A stretch of DNA of 64,000 bases from Squalus acanthias (taxonomy: Eukaryota). The translations under genes were made by a program, and so were the position numbers. This document shows positions 35,647 to 48,115 of this stretch, piece after piece. The notes beneath the pieces were generated by a model. It worked only from the letters and a program-made list of their open reading frames with translations. It made no database searches and was not told the origin of the DNA. Position 1 is the first letter of the stretch. Each line of letters opens with the position of its first letter. The DNA is taken from assembly GCA_030390025.1 (NCBI GenBank), contig CM059433.1, positions 11,410,001-11,474,000 of the forward strand, given 5' to 3'.

Positions 35647-38355
35647 GGCCGAGAAATTCGGTCGTGCCCAAAAGCAGGTGTACAGGAAGCTGGGAGCGCA
35701 CCGTGTGCACCTTTAGTGTTGTCCCAGGCAGCGCATAATACTCATGCTGCGGGCTCATTATCATGAGTCAGGCGTGCAGCCAGTGCTACCTGTGCGATTT
35801 ATTGGCTGCACACCTGTTCGGGGGGGGGGGGCGGGGCCCAGAAATAAGTCATCTCTGACATCACGTAAAGGCAGCCAGCACCTCTTAAAGGGGAGGTGCA
35901 CTCTGGCTGCAGACACCAGAGAAACACTTGTAAGGAGAGAAAAGGCTGCAGGTTGTGCCCCCAGGTTCTCCGACTCTGATCTGGAGGCCCTGGTCCAGGT
36001 GGTAGACAGGAGGGAAATCCTCTTCCCTGCCCCAGGGGGCAGAAATCCCTCCAGGCAACAACTCTAACGCTAGTGGAAAAATGTTGCAGAGGAAGTCAAT
36101 GCCAGCAACTTAGCTCCCAGGACATGGCTGCAATGCCGCACAATGACTTCACCAGAGTTGCCAAGGTAACAATACTCCTAGGGGGAAAAATTCAGTTGGT
36201 TGCGCCTCCCGTTAGCGCCTTAAGAGGGCGCTAATGGGGCGCAAAGCAATTAGCGCCCGGGCGCGGCGATGTTTGCGCCGCTCGCGAAATTAACTAGACA
36301 TTTTGCGGTGGCGCTAAACAGTATCGCCACGATCACCTGCGCCGGCAGATCGTGACGTCAGTTGAGTGCGCAACGCCCCGGTAGCGCCCCGGAGCGGATA
36401 TTGAGTGGCGCCCCCTGCCTTACCGCCTGCCGCTAGCAACGACAGGTTGAGGGGAGCGTTTTGCAGTCAGGAAGGGACTGGGGGAGCGCTATTTAAAGGC
36501 GACCGCTTCCTGCCTTTTTTTGTTGGCGACATTTTTGAATCACGCATTCTGAGAGAGAAAGAGAGAGACTTCTGGAGAGATTCAACGCTGTGTGAAGGAG
36601 TTTTGGGTACTGAGCAGGTTCATTTTGATTTGACCTTCCTTGTATCGATTTAGAAGAGACTGTGGGGGCTGCACTCTGAGCTCTTTCCCTGGGCCTCTCC
36701 ATTGTTCTTACCAGCAGATTTGATGTACAGGTCTCTCCAGGCCGAGATTCAAGGCTGCAATGAGCGGGATGTTGTTGGAAAGCAAGATCAACCCTTCCCT
36801 TTAAGAACTGGCCCGCGCCATTGTGTGTGTGTTCCATTGCTGACTGACATCACATGAGCTTCACCAGCGCTCTGAGGTAGCGCCTCGCTCCTCGGCGTTA
36901 GCGCCTTAAGACAGATGTGTAGCGCCTGATTTAGCGCTCCAATCACCTCCAGGGGCGATAAAAGTCAAGTTTGCAGTCGGAGGCGATAATTAGCGCCAGG
37001 CGCTAATCTTTGCACCTGGCCGATAATCGCGCCCCAAACGGGGCGATACTGAATATTTCCCCCCTATTCTCTGTTCACACCTCCCACCTCATAACTCAAT
37101 ACTCCTCTTCCCCGCTTTCCTTCACTCTCCTGCAATTACTGCACCCCACTTCCCTCCACCTCCCTCTCCTCAGATTCACACTCGCCACTGATGCAACCCC
37201 TCACATCCCCACACCTCACATCTGACACACTGCATACCAGCTATTCCACCATGACAGGCACATTCTCTGAACACCTCACCAAACTGTCACTGATAAGCTC
37301 CCTTCTTTCTTGCAGGAGAAGGTTTCCCACAACTCCAGACAGGAGGCTGCCAGAGGAGGAGGCCAAGCCCACCTGAATATGCTCTGCCCCCCTCAAAGTA
37401 AGTGTGCTGGCCATCATGGGCAGGGCGGAGTCATGGCCGTGGTGACTGGCAATGCTGGAGGAGACGCCGCTCAGGGTTTCTGATAAACTGCAGGTGTTTT
37501 CACCAGCCACTTCTCTCTCTGCTCTCACCTCACAGTAAAAGCTAACCCTTGCCCCTCTCGCTCATTTCAGAAGATGTGGATATACTTCTGCCACGTCAGG
37601 AAGAGGCGGTCAGCTTTCCTGAAGATGCAGTTGTCACTCCATCGCGCCCTAGCTAGCACCAGCTCAGATACTGGCAACAACACCTACTCTAGAGGCTAGG
37701 CTAGCGGAGGGAACTTCACGCGGTGAATCACCGGCCACAAATGTGCAGGAACGAGGGCAGCGAGATAGAACGCTACCGGTGGAAGCTCGCTGAAGGATGA
37801 GATCACACACTAGTTCTGCTGCAGAGGACTCGGATGCTGACTTTGAGGGCCAGGCTACTGAAACAGGCTCAGGGACACACATTAAGAAATGTTAGGTGCA
37901 CTGGGCAGCCTGCCAGCAAGATTACTCACAACGGCACAGAGAATGGAGGCATCCAGCTCCAATTTGTGCCAAGCCTTCATGCAGAGCGTGGAGACCATTC
38001 AGTCCAACATGGACCGAGTGGTCAGCTCCATCAATGCGACAGTGGCGCCCATCATCATGGAGCCTCTCCTGTCAGCTCTCACAGCTGCCACGGAAGCTCA
38101 GACAGCCGCCATCTTGGCTTTGGGGACCACTGTTGAAAGGGGCTTCCAGAGCGACACTTCACTCCTGCACTCTGTTCTCGCGCAGAGACGGAGGAGTGCT
38201 GAGGCACAGTCCCAGGAGAGTGGCCTTGGCTCCATGGGAAAGGCACCTGCTGTCATCTCTCAGGATGACAGCATATCTGCTCCCCCACCACCCACTCAAC
38301 CAGTGCCCTTGTTAGGGCCACACAGCCAGCTGGGCCAGACTGCCCCGGCCCACTC
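35647..38355 (+). mobile_element. Truncated Harbinger element with Myb/SANT pseudogene
   Basis: Left TIR GGCCGAGAAATTCG; exon 1 APRFSDSDLEALVQVVDRREILFP...WKNVAEEVNA..RTWLQCR; exon 2 from 37316 (EKVSHN..GGG); exon 3 from ~37571; no right TIR seen. Confidence 0.8.
36181..37063 (-). mobile_element. Harbinger-type MITE family 2 inside intron 1 of the Myb pseudogene
   Basis: TIRs GGGGGAAAAATTCAG / CTGAATATTTCCCCC; CTA TSD. Confidence 0.88.
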
Positions 38356-38522
38356 ATTCCTTTACATGGTTGCTCTTCTCTCGGTGCCACTTTCACTCAC
38401 CACTTGCTGCTGATCCTGGCTTGGCAGGAAGTACTGGGTTCCCACACCCACATCCGCACCATTCTCCAGTCTCCCACTCTCTACCCTGCCCCAAGACCCA
38501 TTCCCCTCAACTCCCAGTTCCC

Positions 38523-38772
38523 AGTCTCCCTCTCTCCCACTGCCTGAGCCCCAATCTCCCGGCCCCATCCTTAGTCTCCCTCTCTCCCATTGCCTGAGCC
38601 CCAATCTCCCAGCCCCATCCTTAGTCTCCCTCTCTCCCATTGCCTGAGCCCCAATCTCCCGGCCCCATCCTTAGTCTCCCTCTCTCCCATTGCCTGAGCC
38701 CCAATCTCCTGGCCCCATTCCTCAGTCTCCCTCTCTCCCATTGCCTGAGCCCCAATCTCCGAACCACCATTC
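38523..38772. repeat. 50-bp pyrimidine-rich minisatellite, ~5 units
   Basis: Unit AGTCTCCCTCTCTCCCATTGCCTGAGCCCCAATCTCCCGGCCCCATCCTT at 38523, 38573, 38623, 38673, 38724. Confidence 0.9.
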
Positions 38773-39395
38773 CCCAGTCTCCTCTCTCCCTGAGCCCCCA
38801 CTCTGCACTCTTTTTCTCTCCCCGAACACCCATTCCATAACTCCCATTCCCCAGTTTCCCACTCTCTCCCCTGAGCTCCCATCCTCTGACCCCCATTCTC
38901 CTGTCTCCCTCTACCCTGATCCCCAGTCCACTGTCACTCGCTCCTCTGCCCCAAACCTTAATATCCGACCCCTCCCCCACCGTCCCTGGTCACCCACTCT
39001 TTCCCCCTTAGTCCCTGTTCACCCTAGCCCGGCAGCTGTCCCTGATCCATCTCTCTCTCTCCACCAAAGACTCCCGGCAACCAACCACTTCCATTTCCAG
39101 TTACCCCAAAGTGGGGGCGCGGTTCTCTGTGGCACCCGGTTCTCTGGTCAGCGGGGGGGGGGTGATCGGCTTCTCTGCAACGGTCTGGAGTGTGGTGGGG
39201 GGGCGGGAGGGAAAGTTAAACAGTGAAGTTCCCCATGGCTGCTAGCAGTAGTGCCCGGGAGATTCGTGCCTCATTGCGGGAGACACCCGGGCAATCTGGG
39301 AGGGTTGGCATCCCCATATCTGAAACTAGTAGCCATATTCAAGCAACCTACTGTTGCCGTGGCAACAGTACGTTTCTTGGTCCCTCCTCTTGATG

Positions 39396-40149
39396 ATGCG
39401 GAGATGCCGGTGTTGGACTGGGGTGGACAAAAGTGAGAAGTCGCACAACACCAGGTTATAGTCCAACAGTTTTATTTGAAATCACAAGCTTTCGGAGCTG
39501 CTGCTCCTTCGTCAGGTGAAGTAAAGGAATACGAATCGGCAAAGCATATATAGACACAGAACAATGCATGTGTAGCGTACAATGGCAGACGACTACATTT
39601 AATCCTCCTGACTGCCTTTTGTCACACCTCGGCAGATAAACAATCAGGTCAGCCAGGAAGGCACCACATCAAAGACATAGCAAGATACAACTGAGACAAT
39701 GAGGTGGGGTCACAGGGGGTCTAATGTGTCAAAAGCTGCAGTCTGTATGGAAAACGATAAACTTTAAAATTTTTACTTTTTTTTACTGGAAATCACATCT
39801 GTGAACAAGCCAACGACGACTTGAGTCTGGATGACTCTACGTCATGTATCGTGACATGAACCCAAGATCCCGGTTGAGGCCGTCCTCATGAGTGCGGAAC
39901 TTGGCTATCAGTTTCTGCTCGATGATTTTGCGTTGTCGTGTGTCTCTAAGGCCGCCTTGGAGAACGCTTACCCGCAGATCCGAGGCTGAATGTCCTTGAC
40001 TGCTGAAGTGTTCCCCGACTGGGAGGGAACACTCCTGCCTGGCGATTGTTGCGCGGTGTCCGTTCATACGTTGTCTCAGTGTCTGCATGGTCTCGCCGAT
40101 GTACCATGCTCTGGGGTATCCTTTCCTGCAACGTATCAGGTAGACAACG
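39396..40149 (-). mobile_element. 5'-truncated Penelope-like element family B
   Basis: 8-bp TSD TCTTGATG (39388-39395, 40150-40157); GIY-YIG ORF, 3'UTR, hammerhead motif 39482-39519, AATAAA. Confidence 0.92.
39837..40149 (-). pseudogene. GIY-YIG endonuclease domain of a Penelope-like ORF (fragment)
   Basis: VVYLIRC...WYIGETMQTLRQRMNGHR...VGEHF...EQKLIAKF...GLNRD. Confidence 0.92.
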
Positions 40150-43079
40150 TCTTGATGGTCACAATCTTGCAGTCTCACCAGCACTCAAAAGACCCCCTGC
40201 TGTATCTGTGGTGTAATCAAGACAGATTCCCCACCTTATCCTATCTGTAAGTGGAGAAAGCAGTGTGAACAGGTTAGACAGCAGAGATACCAGGACAGGC
40301 CAACTTATCTCAGGCCCACATCCCTCCAGCTCATTTATGCGATTCTCCAGTCTTGATAGTAATTAATGCAATTGATGCCCATGTTCTGGTTCTTGAAGTT
40401 ACCTTACACAAGTAATTAAAGAGGTACTGTCCTTATATAGAAAAAGCATTGGTAAACTTTTTTTAATTTGGTTCTAATCCCAAAAGACAGTAACGTACAT
40501 CTTGGTAAACATGATACTTGGCTCTCCTAGGCCTTTTCCTTGAAACACTTTATCATGGAAATATGGTTCCTTTAAAAACTATGCCTGAAAACACATTCTG
40601 ATTTTTGCAGACCACAGGAGTTCCATCTTTAAGACTTGGCCATTTCATTTTTTTTGCACTGGCTTTGGGTTCTAGTATTTAAAAGTTACACAGTCTCCCC
40701 CACAGCTATATTTCAAATGTTCATCCTGGCTGGTTTTTTACGTATGGTTTTGCGTATTAATTTTAGAAAATAGCATGTTGGCGTAATTCTTCCAAATGGT
40801 TTTAAAAATAGGTATTTTTTTTTTAGAATGCGCCATCTATAGCATGTTTAAACTTACAGCACAGATAACAAATGTAACTCAATGGTAAACTTTTGTAAGT
40901 TTGTTTTCTGCCTTAAACACCAGGACAGGATGAAATTCAATATGGAACTGTTCCCCACCCCCAACCCCCCACCCCCGATTGCCCAATAGCTCACTATATT
41001 TTATTCATATAGGAGATATACTGTATAATGGGCTGTTGGTTTCAATTACATTCACACCCATACATGCACAGATAGACAGACAGGGGCATTGTGAATCCTT
41101 TCAAACCTCAGTGACAATGTAAGAGAGACCTGCATAGCTACTGGTCTGTAGAGCTTTCATGCGGTGGAAATTCCATCCAGCTTTTTTTCTCTTCTTATCC
41201 CTAGGATACTCCCATCCATCAGAAACTAAAGACAACCGTCAGGCCTCTTAACTGTCAAATCTTGTTAAATCTTTTTTTTTTTAAAAACAACAACTCAGGC
41301 TGAAGGTCAGAAAGGACATTCATTCCGGGACTGTAACTTGGCTAATTGAAGCTAACTCCTGATTTAAAAAAAAAAAAGATTTTCTGTTGACTTGCCTGTA
41401 TGGGTGAGTGCATGTCAATGACACAAAAGACTCCATTATTGCTGTATCACAGTAAAGTGCACAGAATGCGAGTCTGTGGGGGTGAGTGAATGATGAGCCA
41501 AGTGCTAAGCTAGACACTGTTGCCAGTCTGGAAAGCAAACAGTAGCAGACAGTTGTCCTCAGTAGTAATGTATGCTCCATTTTTGTATTAATGGCACATC
41601 GTTCATAAGTAGATTGAAATGGCAGCTTTTTGCAGAGATCTGCGGTCCCTCTCCATAGCTAATACATCGGTCCAACAGGGTCTCGAAATGACATGGTTCA
41701 TGTGGCGTTTTATTGGGCAATTAACTTTATAGCAAAACATGTAAGCTTAAGTGGAGGCCCTCACCCTCAGTCGATTCATTTGTGTACTGTATTCCACTGC
41801 CTGATCACACAATTCCTTTACAGTAGCAGGACAGGTCAATAAACTCAATAATGCAAATGAGGTTAATCATCTCTGAAAAATGGTTACATTCAGTTCTCTT
41901 TGAGGTTCGTTGTTCTTCAGGAGTAGATTATTAAGGTACCCTTGCATCCTTTGCTGAAGGGTACAAGTCCCACTTAGCTTCAGGTCAGTCAGCTTTCAGC
42001 TGAAACGCTGTCCCCCATGCTAACCATGCCTTGTGGCTGTGGGGTAGGCAAAGTACAAAGTCTGCCACTGTCTCCCAGGATAAGTATGGATGCTTTGAAC
42101 TTTAACCTACTGCAAGATAACAGAATCACAATCCACAGCATTAAGATGATCCAAATTTGATCCTACAAAATGTAACTCAAATTCACAGGTACTTGCTCTA
42201 AAAACCTATAAAGAATAAGCTAAAGCAGTAAGTTATTTGCCTGTAGCGTGTTCCAAAATGTTTCATATATTTCGCTGAAAGATTTTTTTTAACGCACGGA
42301 TATAGGGCTTGTAACATCTCCGTCTATTGTGGATGCTCTGCGCCTTTTTTGTAAAACTGATTGTCATAATCTTGGAGTGCAATAATATATACACTGCCTC
42401 TGCCACATGTCCTCACATAATGGGATTATCATTGCTCCTTGGTATTGATTAATGAGGGTCATTACTGATAACCTATTTAAGGTGATGAATGACATTTCCT
42501 TCACTTCACAATACTGTACAAAGGTCATATTGTTTCTCCTACTTAAAAATAAGAGAAAAAATCTTTACACAAAATGTTCATAGCCGGTACTTTTCAGCGG
42601 TGAGTTCTGAATAATATGTGTGCTCAGGTGCACTTTAAACAAAAACATCTTCGAAAAAGAAGATGAAAAGATGAGGTACGCTTAAAATAAAAGAGATTCA
42701 TGAGTGCATAGAAAAACATGCCAAAACAGGATCATATTCTAAAAACGCAAAATGATGTTCAAGTGTATATTGCAGTAAGCGGTCCGTATTAGGAAATCAA
42801 AAGAGCTTAAACCATACTGAACAGAAGATTTAATTCGAAGAAGTTTCGAGCTTCAGTGGAAGGAAGATCCAAAGGGAAAGTACTCCGTAAAACTAGCACT
42901 GAAAATCCCAGATCATCACGAAAACCGGCCGTAGAATGCGGGATATGTAGCAAAAAAAGGGAAATTAAGAGGAATTACGGTAAACTGACCTGGCCTATTT
43001 ACAAGGCCTAGGAAATAAAATTTCATATTGGTGGATGTCTGTTTTTACACAGCAACAGTGAGGGTGAATCAAATCACTG

Positions 43080-43287
43080 ATTTTAGAAATCTGAAATAAA
43101 AACCAAGTACCCTGGAAATGCGCAGCTGTTCAATTAGCATTTGAAAGAGAAAAATATGTTCACATCAATCCTTTATCAGGACTCAGACGCGAGTTCTGAT
43201 GAAAGGGCCCAGTTGAAATGTTAACCAGTCACTCGCTTTCAGAGGCTGACTTGACCCGCTGTGTACTTCCAGCATTTTCTTGTTTTC
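43080..43287. mobile_element. Decayed palindromic Penelope-like family A copy
   Basis: Degenerate inverted arms; gagttctgatgaa...gaaatgttaac remnant. Confidence 0.6.
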
Positions 43288-43364
43288 ACGTCAAGAGAGT
43301 CATTTCTCCCACTGCAAAGCTGCGGAGAATCCCTCTGGCCACACAATTAGCCATATGAACGGAC

Positions 43365-43775
43365 TAGCGATTATACAGCGCCTTTCACATCCTCAGGACG
43401 TCCCAGAGCGCTTCACAGCCAAAGTACTTTTGAAATGTTGCAATGCAGGCGAATTCAGCAGCAGATTTGCACACAGCAATATTCCGCAAACAGCAAGACA
43501 GAGATACCAGATAATCTGTGTTTTATCGGTGTTGGATGAGGGATAAAATATTGGACAAAATAGTGCCGTGGGATATTTTACATCGACCTGAGAGTGCAGT
43601 AGGAGCCTCGGTTAGTATCTCATTCGAAAGCCAGCACCTCTGGCAGTGCAGCACTCCCTCTGTACTGCACTGAAGTGTCAGCCTAGATGATATACTCAAA
43701 TCTCTGGAGTAGGAATTGAACGCACGACCGACTGACTCAGAGGTTAGAGTGCGACCACTGAGCCAAGACTGACAT
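43365..43775 (-). mobile_element. SacSINE1-like DeuSINE
   Basis: Reverse-complement head, core and tail; an additional + strand tail at 43865-43980. Confidence 0.8.
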
Positions 43776-44019
43776 CTAATTACTCAATTACTAACTAGGT
43801 CAAAAGGTAATACTTTACTTTGGAATCTCATTTCTCGAGTTACTTTACTCCACCAACTAAAAGCTAATTTCCTACATTACACAGTGACTACACTTCAAAA
43901 GTACTTCATTGGCTGTAAAGCACTTTGGGACGTCCTGAGGTTGTGAAAGGCGCTATAGAAATACAAGTCCTTCTTTCTTTAATTTAAACATGCTTGAAAC
44001 GAATATTCCACCTTGTCAA

Positions 44020-45310
44020 AGATCTTTCCCTTATGCTCTTTTCCTGCCCACCCCCCACAACCCCCCCACCCCCCCCCCCCCCTGCACCCCTTTTCCATTT
44101 GCTTAAAAAACATTCATCTCGAGCATTTTTTTTATTTGTTCATGGGATGTGGGCTTCGTTGGTAAGCATTTATCGCCCATCCCTAATTGCCCTTGAGAAG
44201 GTGGTGGTGAGCCGCCCTCTTGAACCGCTGCAGTCCGTGTGGTGAAGGTACTCCCACAGTGCTGTTAGGGAGGGAGTTCCAGGATTTTGACCCAGCGACG
44301 ATGAAGGAATGGCCGATATACTTCCAAGTCAGGATGGTGTGTGACTTGGAGGGGAACTTGGAGGTGGTGGTGTTCCCATGCGCCTGCTGCCCTTGTCCTT
44401 CTAGGTGGAAGAGGTCATGGGTTTGGGAGGTGCTGCCGAAGACGCCTTGGCGAATTGCTGCAGTGCATCTTGTAGATGGTACACACTGCAGTCACGGTAC
44501 GCCGGTGGTGGAGGGAGTGAATGTTTAAGGTGGTGGATGGGGTGCCAATCAAGCGGGCTGCTTTGTCCTGGATGGTGTCGAGCTTCTTGAGTGTTGTTGG
44601 AGCTACACTCATCCAGGCAAGTGGAGAATATTCCATCACACTCCTTACTTGTGCCTTGTAGATGGTGGAAAGGCTTTGGGGAGTAAGGAGGTGATGCACT
44701 CGCCACAGAATACCTAGTGTCTGACCTGCTCTTGTTGCCACAGTATTTATGTGGTTGGTCCAGTTAAGTTTCTGGTCAATGGTGACCCCCAGGATATTGA
44801 TGGTGGGGGATTCGGCGATGGTAATGCCGTTGAATGTCAAGGGGTGGTGGTTAGACTCTCGCTTGTTGGAGATAGTCATTGCCTGGTACTTGTGTGGTGC
44901 GAATGTTACCTGCCACTTATCAGCCCAAGCCTGAACGTCGTCCAGGTCTTGTTGCATGCTGGCGTAGACTGCTTCATTATCTGAGGAGTTGTGAATGGCG
45001 CTGAACACTGTGCAGTCATCAGCGAACATCCCCATTTCTGACCTTATGTTAAAGGGAAGGTCATTGATGAAGCAGCTGAAAATGGTTGGGCCGAGGACAC
45101 TGCCCTGAGGAAGTCCTGCAGCGATGTCCTGGGGCTGTGATGATTGAGCTCCAACCACCACAACCATCTTTCTCGAGCATCTTCTAGTTCTGATGAAAGG
45201 TCATCCACCTGAAACGTTAACTCCAGAGAAGCTGCCTGACCCGTTAAGTGTTTCCAGCTTTTCCTGTTTTTATTTCAGATTTCCAGCATCTGCAGCATTT
45301 TGCTTTTGTT
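44020..45310 (+). mobile_element. Penelope-like family A fragment split by a LINE
   Basis: UTR before 44126 continues after 45171; hammerhead motif at 45186-45222. Confidence 0.75.
44127..45170 (-). mobile_element. 5'-truncated LINE of the CR1/L2 group (distinct family)
   Basis: ORF 44415-45167 with GLPQGSVLGP, FADD, WADKWQVTF; A-tail; 10-bp TSD TCTCGAGCAT (44117-44126, 45171-45180). Confidence 0.92.
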
Positions 45311-45949
45311 GGAACTAATGATATTCAACTAATTAAATTAATCTCAATCAGAAGATGTAAAGAAGCAAAATAAAATCAATACCATAAGAAAACAGTGAGC
45401 TCTTTGATTGAATGCTTTAAATATTTAATAATGCTTCGTCCTAAGCCACTACATATCGCAAATTGAACCAATCAGATCTGGTGAAAATGCACACTGCTGA
45501 TTAAGAGGCAAACTAAGTAATTATAGCAATATTTGCTGATTTTTATGTCGAACTTCTCTCTGTCACTCAGAGCAGGACAAGCCAGTCTCAATATGACAGG
45601 GGTCTGATGACTGAATTTTTGTGATTGGTTTCAGAGATAAAACCGTAATTCTTGATCTCTTCTCTCCCATTGCAGAAGTCTTGTGCAAAGATTCCTGAAT
45701 ATTTCCCTGTAATTCACGTTGAATGTTGCAATGCTGTAATATATCTTTGCACTGCCGAGTTTCCTTACTACAACTGCCATATCCAGGTAGCTGGGAAGCC
45801 ATAAATAAGCCTTTGTCAAAGAGCAGCGCTCGCATCCAAGTTGTGCTGGGTTCACGCAAAGCAAAAAAAGAAATCAAATCGTGAGATAACAAGAAAAATC
45901 ATGAAGGCTGGAAATCAGAAATCAAAACACAAAATGCTGGGAATGCAAA

Positions 45950-46665
45950 GGGGAAAATATTGGGTGGCGCCACTCTTGGGGTGCTAACGCCCCGAAAATG
46001 TTAGCGCCCCTCCGCCGTAAATTCAGTAGTAGCGCCCCAAGCAGGAGGCAGGGCGCTACTGGAAAGCGCTCCCCATCCTGCTTGGGGCGCAACAACTGAA
46101 TATCGCAGCGTACATGCAGCAACGCCATGCGCGTCGGCTCGTAGCGCCGCGTCATTGTAGGCCTCCTCCCCTGATTAAACGGGAGGGGCCTAGCGCTGCG
46201 CGCACCGGGGCCCTGCTAGACCACCGGGGAGCGGGGTGCCATGAAAACAGCCCGGGACTCAAGAGGAGTGCCGGGCTGAGCGATCGCGGCCGGCACCCGG
46301 CATAAAAAAGTGAAAGGGGGCAGGTGCTGGCAGTCGGCCAAAATAAAAATGGCCGCCCGACACCTGCCCCCTTAAGTAGCGTCGCCGCCGCTGCAAAAAC
46401 ACCCCCTGATCCTGTCGGACATATCGTCCGATGATAGGTCAGGGGGCGCGAGCCAAGTTTGCGGCCGGGCCGCGAGCGGGGCGCTGCGCACAGCGACGAC
46501 GTCATCGCTGGCGGTGCAACGCCGCGGGGCGCTACCGGCTACCGTCACCGTTAACCTCCCGCTGAATTTTGCGGGAGGCGTTTGTGGCACCGCACGCGGG
46601 CGCTAGGGGATTTGCAACCCCTGGGGGCGCTAACGGGAGGCGCAAATCAACCCAATCTTTCCCCC
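45950..46665. mobile_element. GC/CpG-rich Harbinger-type MITE
   Basis: TIRs GGGGAAAATATTGGGT / ACCCAATCTTTCCCCC; AAA TSD; sits inside a decayed PLE repeat. Confidence 0.82.
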
Positions 46666-46752
46666 AAAGTGTCTGAAAGAGGAAGCTGAGTTAATTTTTG
46701 GGTGGAATCGTTCATTAAAGCTGGCATATAGTCAGGCTGGAGAAGACACTAT

Positions 46753-47645
46753 GGGGTAGAAATTAGGTCGCGCCCCATTTGGGGCGCAAATATCGTCTGG
46801 ACGCAAATATTAGCGCCTGGCGCTAATTATCGGCACTGACTGGAAACTTCACTTTTACCGCCCCGGGAGGTGAGCGGAGCGCTAAATCAGGCGCTGCACA
46901 CCTGTCTTAAGGTGCAAAGGCCAAGGAGTGAGGCGCTAACTCAGAGCGCTGGCGAAGCTCATGTAATGTCAGTCAGCAATGGAACACACACACAATGGCA
47001 CGGGCCAGTTCTTAAAGGGGATGGTTAATCTTGCTTTCCATCCACATCCTGTTCATTGCAGCCTTGAATCTCGGCCTGGAGAGACTTGCACATCAAATGT
47101 GCTGGAAAGAACAATGGAGAGTACCAGGCAAAGAGCTCAGAGTGCAGCTCCCACAGTCTCTGCTAAATCGATACAAGGAATGGCAAATCAAAATGAACCT
47201 GCAAAGTGCTGCTCAGTACCCAAAACTCCTTCACACAACGTTGAATTTCTCCAGAAGTCTCTCCCTCTCTCTCTCAGAACGAGTGGTGCATAAATGTCGA
47301 CCACAGAAAAAGACAGGAAGAGGCCCCCTTTAAATAGCGCCCCCCCCAGCCCCACAGCGATTGATAGCATTCCAGTCTTCCGGTCGTTGGAAGCGCCAGG
47401 CGGTAAGGCAGGGGGCGCCACTCAATTTCCGCTCCGGGGCGCCACAAGGGCGTTGCACCATGGAATGACGTCACAATCTGCGCGCGCAGGTGGTCACAGC
47501 GGTAAGTTTTAGCGCCGCCGCACAATCTCAAGTTAAGTTCTCGAGCGGCGCAAACATCGCTGCGCCCGGGCGTTAGCGGCTTTGCGCCCCATTAGCGCCC
47601 TCTTAAGGCGCTAACGGGAGGCGCAACCAACTGAATTTTTACCCC
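46753..47645 (+). mobile_element. Harbinger-type MITE family 2
   Basis: TIRs GGGGTAGAAATT / AATTTTTACCCC; TAT TSD. Confidence 0.88.
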
Positions 47646-48115
47646 TATGACTAACCAAAACAAAGCCGGGCGGGAAGAAAATCAAGAGAAAAGATAAACT
47701 TTAACAGAAGAGCCTAATGGGTTGAATAGCAAAGATACACCATCTATCAGATAGGCAAGTTTCATACAAATATTGCTAGTGTAAGTGGTTACAAGGTATA
47801 AGTATGGCAGAGACACCTTTTTTGAAGGACATTACATTTATGATTCAGTTTCAGTAGCCACTCATGCGAACACGTCAATATGCATCATGAGCAAAGGGTC
47901 ATTCTGGAGACATGACTTTTTAGCAAGAACCTACATGAAGAGAGAAAATGCTACAGTACTTGTTGAAAGTAAATGAGTCTACACCAGAAATATGAAAAAT
48001 GAAATAAGGTTCCCGATTTAACTGAGGGGGGCCAGTTTTCGGCAGGTGAGTTCTGTTGTCAGTTCAAAGCTCACCTACTGCAGCAAAAAACTCTCGGGCC
48101 TCATTTAAACACCAC

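Noticed and set aside
38362..39226. Repetitive Pro-rich and Gly-rich ORFs
   Set aside because: Translations of the 50-bp minisatellite and pyrimidine-rich DNA.
42650..42990. Purine-rich stretch as decayed coding exon
   Set aside because: Several stops in the frame I translated, no ORF of 60 aa or more in the track, and no recognisable domain.
46979..47293. Recurrent ORF MEHTHNG...HCSLESRPGETC in three places as a gene family
   Set aside because: All copies lie inside MITE family 2 and diverge in frame and length.
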